From Ginglymostoma cirratum (Eukaryota), in assembly GCA_024137785.1 (NCBI GenBank), contig JAHRHZ010000063.1:55029647-55093646 (forward strand): 64,000 bases of DNA. Reading direction: 5' to 3'. Shown piece after piece: positions 12,700-25,294 of the stretch (position 1 is the first letter of the stretch; each line of letters starts with the position of its first letter). The position numbers and the translations under genes are program-made. The notes under the pieces are model-generated. The model worked only from the letters and a program-made list of their open reading frames with translations, ran no database searches and had not been told where the DNA came from.

Positions 12700-15600
12700 G
12701 TCGGCTGCTACGTACATGTAGAGAAATTGATTGCCGAATTGACATGTCTCCCCTTGACTGAAGCACTTCATTTACCTTTGGATGGAGAGATTAGAACGGC
12801 CATTGTGACTGGTGGGGACAGACTCCGCATGTCAAAGACTGTACCCGTCGTGGTCAGACTTGGCCCTTATGAAATTGTCATCCCCTTGTGGGTCGGCCAG
12901 GTCCAACAGGCCCTCTTAAGAATGGATGCCCTTACATAGATAAACTCATCCATCTATTTCATTGATGGTCGCATTACCTGGTCTACCTGACAACTGTCCC
13001 TTGAAGAATGGCACGACCACCCCATTGGGCTAAATCTAGGAATGACTGTGGCATTTTGCAGATGCCCCCTGTTACCTTTATGGGGGTCACTCCCCTTTGC
13101 ACCAACCAATACCCCATCAGCCCAGCCTCTATCGCTGGCGTTCTCCCCGTCGTCCAACAGTTAGAACAGCAGGGGGTCCTTGTCAAAACCCATGGCTTGT
13201 CTACTAGTCCCACTTAGCCCTTTAAGAAACCCGATGGCACCTAGTGTTTGACTGTCAATGATCGTAAAGCTAACCAATGTATAAATCAGAAACCTCCACT
13301 TGTGACTGACCCCTCCACCGTTTTTAATCACCATAAAGTTTTCTCCATTATTGGCGTGGCAAATGGGTTTTGGTCAGTTTCCCTTGCCCCTGAGGTACCG
13401 CCTGGTTTGCCTTCCCTATTCAGCACCAACAATACACCTGGAGACACCTGGCCCAGCGTTTTCACAGCAGTCCAGCTGTTTTTCACATGCCTCGACAGCA
13501 ACATCTGCGGGAGCTCTCTCCTACTGTTATCCAATATGTCAATGGCACCCTGGTGGCCTCCGCCCCGCACGACGGAACAACACAAACAGGATCTCCGCAT
13601 CCTCCTTGACCTCTTACATTCTGGAGGTCGCAAAGCCAACTGGAAGAAAGCCCAACTTGCACAGGACAAGGTCATCTATCTGGGACAGAAAATCTCCTCC
13701 AGCAAATGTGAAGTTATTCAGGACAGAACTGCAGCCATTCTCTCCTCGAAAGAGCCCACCACTGTGCGAGACCTAAGGTTTGGGCCTATGTAATTTTAAC
13801 AAATCTTGGATTGACAGTTACTGTAAATTTGCCTAGTTGCTCACTGATCTCCTCAAGGGCTCGAAAGGCTCTCGGGATTCTGTTATTCTCACCAACGACC
13901 AGAATTCTGCATTCTAGTTTGCTTTGTGTTAAGCCCCAGCTTTGAGTATCCCTGACAATGGTCACCCTTTTACTCTTCGTGTTCTTGAGCAGGCTGGCCA
14001 CATGAAGGCCTTTCTAACCCAAAAGCGCATTGGCAGGCAGTGTCCCATCGGATACTACTCTGCTCGCCTGGATCCTGTGGCTCTGGGATGGGGAAACTGT
14101 TTACGGGTCATGGAAGCTACTTGTCGCACTGTTAGGGTAATCACTCCCGTTGCCCTTGACCAAAAGTTGGTTGTCGAATGCCTTCCCACTGTCTACACCC
14201 TGCTCTCCATAAATCGTGTCTCTTATGTTACTGCTGCCCAGTGGACCTGCTGGACGATCAGGACCTGAATATTCACCTTGTTGGTGCCAGACCTGTCAAT
14301 CCGGCGACACTGTTGCCTGTCTTGTCGGATGAAAGTGGGGAGGAAAGGAACCACGGGGAGCACAACTGCATTGAAAAAATTGCAGCAGCCAGATGAAGCC
14401 GCCAGGGCATCCAAGGAAACCCTGCAGAATCCAGACCCAATCCTTTTCATGAATGGGACTTTCCTTGTGGAAAATGGGATCCGCAGATCTGGGTGGGTGG
14501 TGACAACACCACATGAAACATTTTCCCGGGATAGCCTACCACCCGGCACATCAGCACATCGGGCTGAATTAGGAGCTCTGATGGAGACAAGTAGGCTAGC
14601 TGAGGGAAAGACAGCTAATATTTACACGGGCTCTGGGTATGCTGTTGGCGTGGCCCATGATTTTGGCCTCTTATTGGCAGAAAAGAAGGTTTGTTGCGGC
14701 AACCGGAACACACATTAAAAATGGAAATGAAGTCAGCGAATTACTCAAAGCTATTCAGCTGTCCCAAGAGGTATCAATCCTCTAGCGCAAAGCCCATACT
14801 AAAAGGAACTCCAGAGATGCCCAGGGCAGATCAAGTGGGTAAGGATGCCACCAGTGGGTAAGGGAGTCCACTCCCCTCGAGAACCGTTGCTAGGAATGGT
14901 GCAAACAGCAGTTGATAAGTTGCAAGATTTGAAAACCATGTGGGAGCAGCGCTCTCAGGAGGAGAAATGGACGTGGGTTGAAAATGGGCTCAAGTTATGG
15001 GAGGATGGGATCTAGGGGCACAGAGAAACCAGTCGCTCCCCAAGCACTGTTGCGTTTTTCGGCACAGCGGGGCCATTCAGGGCCTCCCCAGATGATGGTG
15101 AGCTTCCAGAGAAGTTTTTGGGGAAAGGAATTTAAGAAGTTTGCCCAACTGGTAGTCAACAGTTGTGTGGCCTGTCAGACAAACATACCTGGACATACCA
15201 GCCAGATGCCTCAATTAACGTCGCCAGCCCCAGCCGGCCTGTTTCAGCATTTACAGACCGACGACATATCCCTGGCCGAATGTCAGGGGTACCCAGATGT
15301 TCTGGTAATTGTTGATAAAGTTTCAAAGTGGGTGGAAGCTGTGCCCGCGCAAAGAGCCACTGCCAACCACACAGTAAGGTCTTATATAAGGATTACATAC
15401 CCCGACGGGTACGCCCTAGCACAGTTGATTCAGATCAGGGTACCCACTTCATAGGCGCCGTATGTCAGGAAGTCTGTAGATTATTGGGTATCAAATGGGA
15501 ACTACACTGCCCCATCCACCCTCAATCTTTGGGACAGGTTGAAAGAACCAGTAGGACACCCACACTGAAGCTTGCAATTTACCATCAGGATGGCTTACCT

Positions 15601-15960
15601 TGGCCTCAAGCCTTGTACTTAGTCCTACTGCAGCATGTGTACAACCCCTAACAGAACTACAGGCTTGAGCCCATTTGAGATCATCACAGGGTAACCGATG
15701 TACCTGCCCGAAACCATTGACTTGCATACCGCGGACTGTCATTTACTCAGTGACCTTGCTCAAGCACTGCTGAGACCTAACCACAGCTGTCAGCTCTGCT
15801 TCCCAACAGGAGCCAGCAGCCTGGGGTTGGTGGGGAGGGGAGGGGATCACCCTGATGGAGGACACAACATAGTCCCTGGCACTTGGGTCTACGTGAAGAA
15901 AATACAACAAGAGCCTCTAGGCGCCAAGTGGGAAGGACCCCACTGAGTCCTGCTAACCAC
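12700..15960 (+). pseudogene. pol: ERV pro-pol remnant (protease, RT, RNase H, integrase)
   Basis: QYPI, PFKKPDG, FSIIGVANGFWS, YVNG (decayed YVDD), SAHRAELGAL/NIYTGS RNase H, H..CVAC, DKVSKWVEA, DSDQGTHF, HPQSLGQVER, WEGPH. Confidence 0.92.
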
Positions 15961-15964
15961 AAAC

Positions 15965-16834
15965 AGATGGTACCATCTGTCTCACTCAGCATGAGACCCA
16001 GGGCAAGGGCACCCAGTGGGTAAGAGTAGATGCTCGCAATGTTACCGTTATTCCCCTCTTGGGGAACATCACCCAGTCTTTCCTGACTAAGGGGTCCTCC
16101 AATGTTAACATCCTCACACAGGGCTGCAACAGCCCGCTGGCCTTTGTTAACCGCAACATCGATGTCACCTGGAAACAGCAATGGTACCCTGAGGCCATTG
16201 CACAGTTCACTCTATATAATGGTATCTACTCTGTTTGCAGCCACAAAGTATATGCATGGTTACCAACAACATGGACTAGGTCATGTTACCTAGCCGATGT
16301 AGTACCGTTCATGTGGTACGCTCCTTACTTGTCACTCTGCCAATGATCTATTACTAAGATTGACAAATTTATAGCCCTCTGATCCTGGTCTTACCACACT
16401 TATAAATCCCTCTCAGAAATTCACTTCCTTTATACTGGAACAAATTGTCAATGATACGACTGCCCTACAAAACCCATATAGCGCTGGACTGGATCCTTGC
16501 AGAGAAAGGGGGTACTTGTCCTATAATTGGGAAGCAATGCTGTACCTGCATCCCTGATAATTCAGAAGAGATTACTGACCTCAGGGACGATGTCCGCAAG
16601 GAGGTTGACAAACACAAATATCCCCCTGAAAATACCCTCTGGAGTTGGGCAACAGAAAGGCTGGTCTCTCTGGGCACCAGTATTGTTCAAGGCATCATTA
16701 TTTTTCTAGTAGTTATTTTTTCACTCTATATTTGCTTGCAATGCTGCTCTGCATGTATTTGGCAGTCGATACAAGTGCCCACTAACGAATGGTCTTTGAA
16801 ATCATCTCCAAAGCTGTTGGGGTCATACATTTAG
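15965..16834 (+). pseudogene. env: ERV env remnant, gamma-type TM; most of SU deleted
   Basis: SU end VCSHKVYAWLPTTWTRSCYL; ISD-like ALDWILAEKGG; CX6CC (CPIIGKQCC); hydrophobic anchor GIIIFLVVIFSLYICL. Confidence 0.9.
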
Positions 16835-16874
16835 CCTTTTGCTTTCTGATTCTGACAGTAGTTGTGACAGAATC

Positions 16875-16886
16875 AAAAGGGGGGAG
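16875..16886 (+). promoter_or_regulatory. Polypurine tract
   Basis: aaaaggggggag just before the 3' LTR. Confidence 0.85.
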
Positions 16887-16887
16887 T

Positions 16888-17303
16888 TGAGGGGTTCAGT
16901 GGAAACCTACAAAGTAGGAATAGATTAAAGAGGACTTATTAAGATCAGAGTTAAAGTCATTAAAGGCTACTTACAGGGCAACAATAGTAGTTTTGCGTCA
17001 TAGAAGGGGAACTGATTATATCAGTGCTTCGTTGAGATCGATGTTAACTGTGTAAAAGAACCACAGTAAGCTCAGTACTTTGTAAAAAAGACATCTGTTG
17101 ATGATATTAAGGAACTGATGACTGTAAGAATGTTGTGTACACAAGTATCTGTTACAATATTGTATAAGAATGCCATGTCTACACCCTGCAAAAGCCTAAG
17201 CTCGGAAAGATGTAACAGCAAGTTCTCCGAATAAAGACAACCAAAGGCCAGTTCAACATTTCTCTGTCTCTCTCCGGTTCACGTCACAAGAAGAACCTTA
17301 ACA
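16888..17303 (+). repeat. ERV 3' LTR
   Basis: Direct repeat of 10651-11063, ending aagaaccttaaca. Confidence 0.93.
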
Positions 17304-18209
17304 AATGTGAAACAATACTTTACACTGTATTTCGGTACATGAGACAATATTAAACCAAATCAATTCAAATGACTTGGTGATTCTTATGTCTGATAATGGG
17401 ACATTTCAAACTGCTTCTTTGAAGTCTGTTAATGAGTTTATCAATGAGATCACCAAATACTTATTTGGAGGCTAGTGGATTTCAGTGTTTCTCACTGCTG
17501 CTCTCCCTATGAAAGTTGTATTGCATTTCAGAAACAATGGGAATATACTGCCCTCCAAGAAGACGATTTTCAAATCATGCAGCATTCACTCCCACCACTT
17601 CTGTCATTTGACAATCCAGTTCCAGAACTTTTCATAGCACCTTGAGAGTGTGTCAAATTCCTTTGATAGGATCTCCCAGACCCGTGTTCTACACCATCTA
17701 GAAAAATGGGGGAAACACCACCATTTGCAGGTTCTCATCAAGCCACACACCATCCAAACTTGGACATGTATGACCATTCCTTCATTGTCACTTCATCAAA
17801 ATCCTGAACCACCCTACCTAACAGTATGGTGGGAACATCTTCTAAACAGGATTTAATGCTTGTTTTATTCCTAAGATAAATTTTAAAAGAGATTTCATGA
17901 AATTTCAAGAAATCAATTGCTTCAAAGAGAACGTCAAACAGACATTCACTTTTATCTTGTTAATTTGGCTTGTTTCACTTGCTGAAGACATAATATCAGA
18001 TGTTACCAACTGTACTCCTCCTGGTCAAGATGCAAAAGGCATTGCCAAGAGGTACATTACCTGCTCAAATTAAATTGTAATGACCCCTGCAGTGTTAAGG
18101 AACTAATACTGCTTCACCTAATAGAAGTCAATAACTTTTCCCTAGGGCGGGGGACTTCAAAACAAGGGGACATAATTTTAAATTTGAGAGGAGAAAGATT
18201 TAAAAAAGA

Positions 18210-19068
18210 CATGCTAACCAGATAAATTATACCTTACATAAATACATTAGGGTAGTAGAACAGAATGCGGAAGAGACTGCTACAGCTACACAGAAGACAC
18301 AGAGAAAGATCAGCTCTAATAAATGAGAGGTCTGTTCATAAGTCTGATAACAGCAGGGAAGAAGCTGTTCTTAAATCTGTTGGCATGTGTTTGCAAATTT
18401 TTGTACCTTTTGCCCAGCGGAAGATAGCGGAAGACAGTATAGCCACAGTGGGAGAGGTCTTTGATTTGTTGGCTGCTTTCCCAAACCAGCAGGAAGTGTA
18501 AANNNNNNNNNNNNNNNNNNNNNNNNNNNNNNNNNNNNNNNNNNNNNNNNNNNNNNNNNNNNNNNNNNNNNNNNNNNNNNNNNNNNNNNNNNNNNNNNNN
18601 NNNNNNNNNNNNNNNNNNNNNNNNNNNNNNNNNNNNNNNNNNNNNNNNNNNNNNNNNNNNNNNNNNNNNNNNNNNNNNNNNNNNNNNNNNNNNNNNNNNN
18701 NNNNNNNNNNNNNNNNNNNNNNNNNNNNNNNNNNNNNNNNNNNNNNNNNNNNNNNNNNNNNNNNNNNNNNNNNNNNNNNNNNNNNNNNNNNNNNNNNNNN
18801 NNNNNNNNNNNNNNNNNNNNNNNNNNNNNNNNNNNNNNNNNNNNNNNNNNNNNNNNNNNNNNNNNNNNNNNNNNNNNNNNNNNNNNNNNNNNNNNNNNNN
18901 NNCATAAGGCTGCTGGCATCACTTGAGCAGCAGAGGTTGGTAGAGGAAGTCCTGGTAAACAATTGGTTGATCAGTTGAGGGAGTGGGTGCAGGTGATACT
19001 GAGTTTGAAGCTAGCAGAGAAGACAAGCCTCGACAGAGATGGCCTAGGGCAGATGACGGCCTCGTAGT
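18210..19068 (-). repeat. Right (inverted) arm of duplication of 9404-10650; centre unsequenced
   Basis: Reverse-complement matches on both sides of the gap. Confidence 0.88.
18503..18902. other. Assembly gap (400 N)
   Basis: Run of N. Confidence 1.
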
Positions 19069-19369
19069 GTTCTGACACTATGAGTATATAACTGCTTGCA
19101 TGTTACTATTCTCTGTGTAATGAACAAAAGGACAGTTTATATCATGACAATGCTGTACAATGTGGATTTGAAGCTGAGGGCATCGTAATGACCAGATTGA
19201 ATGGCAAATGGGCAAGAGAATTTTGTAGATGCTGCTCTTCTGAGCATGACATGCATTTTTGATTAAGTAATTTTAGCAATATTATGGACTTGTGAATACA
19301 AATCACTGCTTCATACATGCTATTTTTTCGCAATGATCATTAAGTGGAAGAAATAAACATCCCATTACA

Positions 19370-20720
19370 AACAAGGAACAAGTTTCGGCCACTTGGCCCA
19401 TCAACCCTCTCTGCCATTGATAACATCGTGGCTAAAATTAACCTCATCTCTACATTCCAGCATGACTCTGATAATCTTTCATCTCTTTAGTAATCAAGAA
19501 TCTATCTACCTTTGCCTCAAAAATATTTAAAGATTCTGCATCCACAGCATTTTGAGGAAGAGAAATCCAAAGGCTCACAACCCTCTGTGTGAAATTTTTT
19601 TCTTCATGTTTATCTTAAATGGGTGACCCACTATTGTTAAACTATGATCCTTAGTTCTAGATTGTCCCACAAAAAGAACCATGCCAATACGTTACCCCCA
19701 ACATCAAGAGCATTTATTTTCTGTAATTTGATGTGGCAACTTATCAAATGCCCTCTGGAAATCTAAGTACAAAACATTCAGTGTTGCCCCTTTATTAACA
19801 GCTCAAGGTACTTCTTCAAAGGACTGCAATGAGCTCCAACTCTTAACAATTAGTTAAATATGATTTCCCATTGACAAAACCATTCGCCCCCAAAACTTAT
19901 CTGCTGGAACTTATTCACGCGCCCCGTGTCTAATTATAGCTTCTAACATTTTCCCCATGACGGATATTAAGCCGACTGTCCTGTAATTTCCTGCTCTATA
20001 ACTTCCTTCCTTTCTGAATAAAAGAGAGACATCAGATGTTTTCCAATCTAAGGTCTCCTTCCCAGAATCTAATGAGTTTTGACGAATTTAAACCAGCATA
20101 TCAGCAATCTCACTAGTCACTTCTGTTAAGACTCTAGGATAAAATCCATCGGGATCTAGGGACTTAGCAAGTCACAGTTCCGACAATTTACTCAGTACTA
20201 CTTATAGAGAAATAATTTTCTTGAGTTCCTTTCTCTCTTTCAATTCCTGATTTGCAGCTATTTCTGGGATGTTACTTATGTCCTGTCTGGTAAAGACACA
20301 AAATATTTGTCCAATTTGTCTGCTATCTCTTTATCCTCCATTATAATACTCCAGACTCATTTCTCTATACAGCCAACATTAGCTTTGTTTGCTCTTTTCA
20401 ATTTTTACATATCTGATGAAACTTTTTCGTTTTTTTTATTTTTGGCTATCTTTCTCTTATAACTCTAATTTTTCCCTCCTATTTAATCTTTTGTAATTCT
20501 TTGCTTCTTTTTATATTCTGTCCAATCTACTGACCTGCCACTTACCTTCGCACACACGCATTTTCTTTGAATTCAATACTACCCTTGAATTTTTTAGTTA
20601 ACCAAAGGTGGTGGCCTCATTCATTAGAACTTTTCTTATTTGTTGGAATGTATCTTTTCTGTGCTTCCCCGAATATCCCCTTAAATGTTTGCTACTGCAT
20701 TTCAATTGAGATATCCCTTA
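19370..20720 (-). mobile_element. Old CR1 LINE, internally deleted
   Basis: Reverse CR1 3' UTR (ccacagcattttgaggaagagaa) and RT remnant (tatcaaatgccctctggaaatctaagta = YLDFQRAFD). Confidence 0.7.
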
Positions 20721-20947
20721 ACCTAAACTCCAGTTCACTGCTGCTCACTGTACTTCCATGCCCCTGTTGTTGCTTTTATTTCCATTCAAAATACTTTTCG
20801 GCTTTCCATTTTATCCAAATTGCGTCTGACATTGGCAGAGGAGGATTTAAAAGCGCAGTATTCTATGTATCACGTTCTCTATCTTAATAAATGCTACATC
20901 CAACACACTAGTAATGTTGCTTTAAAAACGTTTTGAGATTTCCATAC

Positions 20948-20983
20948 CGGGTACATAGATAGGCTATTAACTGATCAGCTTCA
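20948..20983 (-). CDS. Candidate micro-exon (EADQLIAYLCTR)
   Basis: tctatttcag acceptor, CCG|gtatgg donor, 36 nt. Confidence 0.28.
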
Positions 20984-21224
20984 CTGAAATAGATAATTGG
21001 TTAAAAATGTGATAAAACAAGTTGTGCGGGGGAATGCTAAACAGACTGGAATAAAAGCATTCAATTTCCATTCAATTTTATCTTCCTATTAAAGCATGTG
21101 TGAGAAATAAACATCTTTGGAGAAACTATAGTGATCAAAGATATTCGCCACAAACTTAAAAGCATGTTGATTCAGTTTATAATATTCTTGTTTCTGATTC
21201 AGAAACTTGTGAATTCCAGACACA

Positions 21225-21690
21225 TTGCAAAAGCTTCAGCACATCATCTAGATTGACTTCCCTTTGCAGTACTGAGGGAGTGCTGCACTGCCTAATGGTA
21301 AAAAGGGAAAGTTGCCATCGTCTTACCAGACCATTGGGCTGCTCTCCCATCAGAGAGAAATACTGAGTGGTAGTTTAACCTAAGGGTCACCAGGCCTCAG
21401 GCAAGGGGAGAGGTTGAGAATGAGAGCCCTTTATGGTTACTTCTGCAGTGCGAGACTTGAACACACGCTGTTGTCCTACAAGACACTGAATGAAGGCTTT
21501 ATCTACCTTCACAGCTGGAAATAAAAGATTCCAACGATGCTATTTTCACAAAGCATGGGGAGTTCTTCATGTTGTCCTGTTCAGCATTTATGACTCACCC
21601 AATACCTAAGCGAAGATAGGTTACATTGTCAGTTTCCCGTTGATGTGAATAAATTGTTTGGCTTATTTCTGAAATGCTGTGACTATGTTT
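21225..21690 (+). mobile_element. DeuSINE-like SINE with a different tRNA-SINE nested antisense (about 21298-21475)
   Basis: Deu-domain gcagtactgagggagtgctgcactg is interrupted and resumes ...aaagattcc...gggagttcttcatgttgtcctg. Confidence 0.55.
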
Positions 21691-22097
21691 GAAATGTATA
21701 TAATCTATTGAGCGGGGGTCTGGAGCAACCTGACATTATGAAAGGTCCTACAAAAATTAAAGAAGTTTCCTGTAGGCAGTCTGCATTTGTGTCATTGGTT
21801 ATTCTGCTTGTGTTCTTTTGCATGTCATTGTTTGCTTGTAGAAGCACAAGGGTAAATACATTACAATACAGATAATGTCCAAAATAGAAACCAAACCAAC
21901 AATTTTTCATAAAGCTTATCAGCAATTTAATTTGCCTTCCCTCTTGTGTGTTATCAACGTCTGTGTCAATAATTCAAGGTGCCTCGTTTGAATTTTTGAA
22001 TTGCATTCACTTTCAATAATCTCCAAATGCAACGCAACAAAACAACATTAAAGAAAAGTGCTCGGCTTTCAAACGCAAGGACTAACACTCAAACGAA

Positions 22098-22192
22098 AAC
22101 AAAAATTGCCGGGGAAACTCAACAGGTCTGGCAGCATCAGTTGAGAGAAAACAGAGTAAATGTTTTGAGTCCAGTGGCCCTCCTTCAGAACT
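22098..22192 (-). mobile_element. Penelope-like 3' end fragment
   Basis: Reverse complement resembles 8360-8452. Confidence 0.6.
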
Positions 22193-22304
22193 GGAGTCAA
22201 ATTGTTAATTCTCAGTAATAAAATATTGTTTTTAAAATTGGAACCCCCAAAACATCTTTGCTCCGAGATGCATTTTATGCACTTTGTAGACTCTTTTATT
22301 CCAG

Positions 22305-24232
22305 GCATATGTCAGGTATAGACAGCTGGGATCGAGTGAATCCATAGAGGAGTATAAAGCCAGTAGGAGTGTACATAAGAGGGAAATCAAGAGGGCAAAA
22401 AGGGGACATGAGATAGCTTTGGCAAATAGAGTTGTGGAGAATCCAAAGAGATTCTTAAGTAGATCAAGAGCAAAAGAGTAACTAGGGAGAGAATAGGGTC
22501 TCTTAAAGATGGCCTTTTATGTGCGGAACCACTGGAGATGGATGAGATTCTAAATGAATATTTCTTGCCTGTATTTACTCTGGAGATGGGTGTGGAAACT
22601 AGGGAACTTGAGGAAATAAATAGTGATGTGTTGAAAAGTGTTCATATTACAGAAGGAAGTCTTAAAATGCATAAAGATAGATAAATCCTCAGGACCTAAC
22701 CAAGAGTTTCCCAGAACTTAGTGGGGGACTGCAGAAGAGATTGCTGGGCCTCTTGTTGAGATATTTGTATCGTTGACAGCTGTAGGTGAGGTGCCGGAAG
22801 ATGGGAGGTTGGCTATTGTGATACCATTATTTAAGAAAGAAAAAGCCAGGGAACTATAAACTGGCAAGCCTTACATCTGTGGTGGGTAAGTTGTTGAAGG
22901 GGATTCTGAGGGATAGAATTTACATGTATTTGGAAAGGCAAGGACTGAATAGGGATAGTCAACATGACTGTGTGTGTGAGAAATCATGTCTCACTGACTT
23001 GATTGAGTTTTTTGAAGAGGTGCCAAAGGAGATTGATGAAGGCAGAGCAGTAGACTTTGTCTACATGGACTTCAGCAAAGCATTCAACAGGGTTCTGCAT
23101 GGTAAACTGGTTAGTAAGGTTAGATCACATGGGATCCAGGGGAGCTAACAAGTTGGATTCAAAATTGGCTTGAAGGTAGAAGGAAGAGGGTGGTGGTAGG
23201 AGGGGTTGCCTTTCAGACTGGAGGCCTATGACCAACGGTATGCTGCAAGGATCAATGTAGGGTCCACTGCTTTTCAACATTTACATAAATGATTTGGATG
23301 TGTATTAGGGGGTATGGTTAGTAAATTTGTAGTAGATGATGCCAAAATAGGTAGTGTAGTGGACAGTGAAGAAAATTATCTCAGAGTACAACAGGACCAT
23401 GATCAGCTGGGCCAACAGACTGAGGAGTGGCAGATCGAGTTTAATTTAGACAAATGTGAGGTGTTTAATTTTGGTAAGCCAAACCAGGGCAGGACTTATA
23501 CACCAAATGGTATGGTCCTGGGGAGTGTTGCCGAACAAAGAGATCTAGGGGTGCAGGTGCGTAATTCCTTGAAAGTGGTAGGCAGATAGACAGGGTGATG
23601 AAGAAAGCATTTGGTATACTTGCCTTTATTGGTCAGAGCATTGAGTATTTGAGTTGGGACACATGTTGTAGCGGCACAAGACATTAATGAGGCCACTTAT
23701 AGAATACTGCATATAATTCTGGTCACCATTCTATAGAAGGATGTTACTAAACTTGAGAAGATGCAGAAAAGTTTCGCAAGGATGTTGTGGGACTGGAGGG
23801 TTTGAGTTATAGGGAGATGCTGAATAGGCTGGCGCTATTTTCCCTGGAGCGTAAATGCTGAGGGGTGACCTTATAGAGGTTTATAAAATCAAGAGAGGCA
23901 TGGATAGGATAAATAGCCAAGGTTGTTTTCCCAGAATAGAGGAGTCTGAAACTAGAGGGCATAGGTTTACGCTGAGAGGAGAAAGATTTACAAAGGACCT
24001 GAGGGGTAACGTTTTCACACAGAGGGTGGTGAGAGTATGGAATGAGCTGCCAGAGGAGGTAGTAGAGGTGGGTACAGTTACAACATTTAAAAGGAATCTG
24101 GATAAGAAGGGTTGAGAGGAATATGGGCCAAATGTTGGCAAATGGGACTAGGACAGATTGGGATGTCTGGTCAGCATGGACAAGTTGGACCAAAGGGTCT
24201 ATTTCTGTGCTGTATGAATCTATGACTTTATG
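22305..24232 (+). mobile_element. CR1 (HER1-like) LINE, 5'-truncated ORF2 RT and 3' UTR
   Basis: SCLTDLIEFFEEV, YMDFSKAF, LRGDLIEVYKI, FTQRVVRVWNELP; tail tatgaatctatgact. Confidence 0.93.
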
Positions 24233-24632
24233 AGGTAATGGTAGAATCTTGTGTCGTTCCCAGGAGTGGGAATCAATACAGATGAAGGAATCTAATTGCA
24301 AGAGAGGCCAAAACTCACAGTCTAGACAGCAAGATGAAAGATTGTGATTAAATTCTCAGAAACTTACAGGTGAGTCTAGTTTCCTGGCTGCAAGTGTCAG
24401 GAAGCCATTTTGCAAGAATTTGCATCCCACGAATGCTGTGTAAAAGGTCAGTTCATCAAAATGATGTACCCAAATTGTGTTTTCCACGAGCAAACAGTAT
24501 GTGTCATCAGATTCCTGACTGTCTATACAGGTGTGAAGCTGGTCTTTGGAGTGAGTGATTTGTCCCCTTTGGGGAATGTGTGTTTTTGTCGTGTCATAAT
24601 TAACATTAGGTGGTGTTAATCTAAGTTTTGTT

Positions 24633-24975
24633 TTATTCATTCACAGGATGAAGGTGTTGCTGGCTTGGCCATCATTTATTGCCCACCTCAGAAGGCAATT
24701 AAGCATCAACCACATTGCTGTGGGTCTAGAGTCACATGTAGGCCAGACCAGGTAAGGATGGCAGTTTCCTTCCCTAAAGGGTTTTCGTAAACCAGATGGG
24801 GTATATCTTCCCCCAACAATCAACAATGGATTCATGGTCATGATTGGATTCTTAATTCCAGGTTTTTATTGAATGCAAATTTCACCATCTACCTTGGTGG
24901 GATTCAAACCCAGAACATGACCTGTCTCTCTGGATTAATAGTCCAGCAATGATACCACTAGGCCATCACTTCCCT
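24633..24975 (-). mobile_element. tRNA-derived SINE with CR1-group tail
   Basis: Same family as 9080-9425. Confidence 0.75.
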
Positions 24976-25294
24976 TAAGTTTCACAAGGTGCAGAAGGAA
25001 GAGAAGTTGGAGTGTAACAGGCACAGGTCAAAGGAGAGAGGTTTGTCTGGTTAAGAATGCCAAGTTGACTGGGGGACAGTGGAAGGGCCAGAATATTTAG
25101 TTGCAGTCCTCTACACCAGTAGCCTGAATGATGCTGTCTATGGGAAGGGAGCAAATGTCCATCTGGGAGCTCTTTAAATATGACACCAGGCCCTTTAACC
25201 CCTTCTGTTAACAGTGAGGTGCCCACATTCAGCCTCAAGCCCGCCACAAGATTCATCACGCTATTTGCTTACTCACATGAAATGAGCTGAGATT

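Larger units (their letters stand above)
10651..17303 (+). mobile_element. Endogenous retrovirus, class I (gamma/epsilon-like), defective provirus
   Basis: Paired TG...CA LTRs, PBS, gag-pro-pol-env remnants, PPT; degenerate 4-bp TSD (catt / aatg, inferred ancestral CATG). Confidence 0.95.

Noticed and set aside
18336-18962. Long ORFs containing X runs
   Set aside because: Artefacts of the N gap
24368-24435. Minus-strand 68-nt exon candidate (IRGMQILAKWLP...) with gtaagt donor
   Set aside because: Breaks the phase of the proposed chain unless an unseen exon exists; left uncalled
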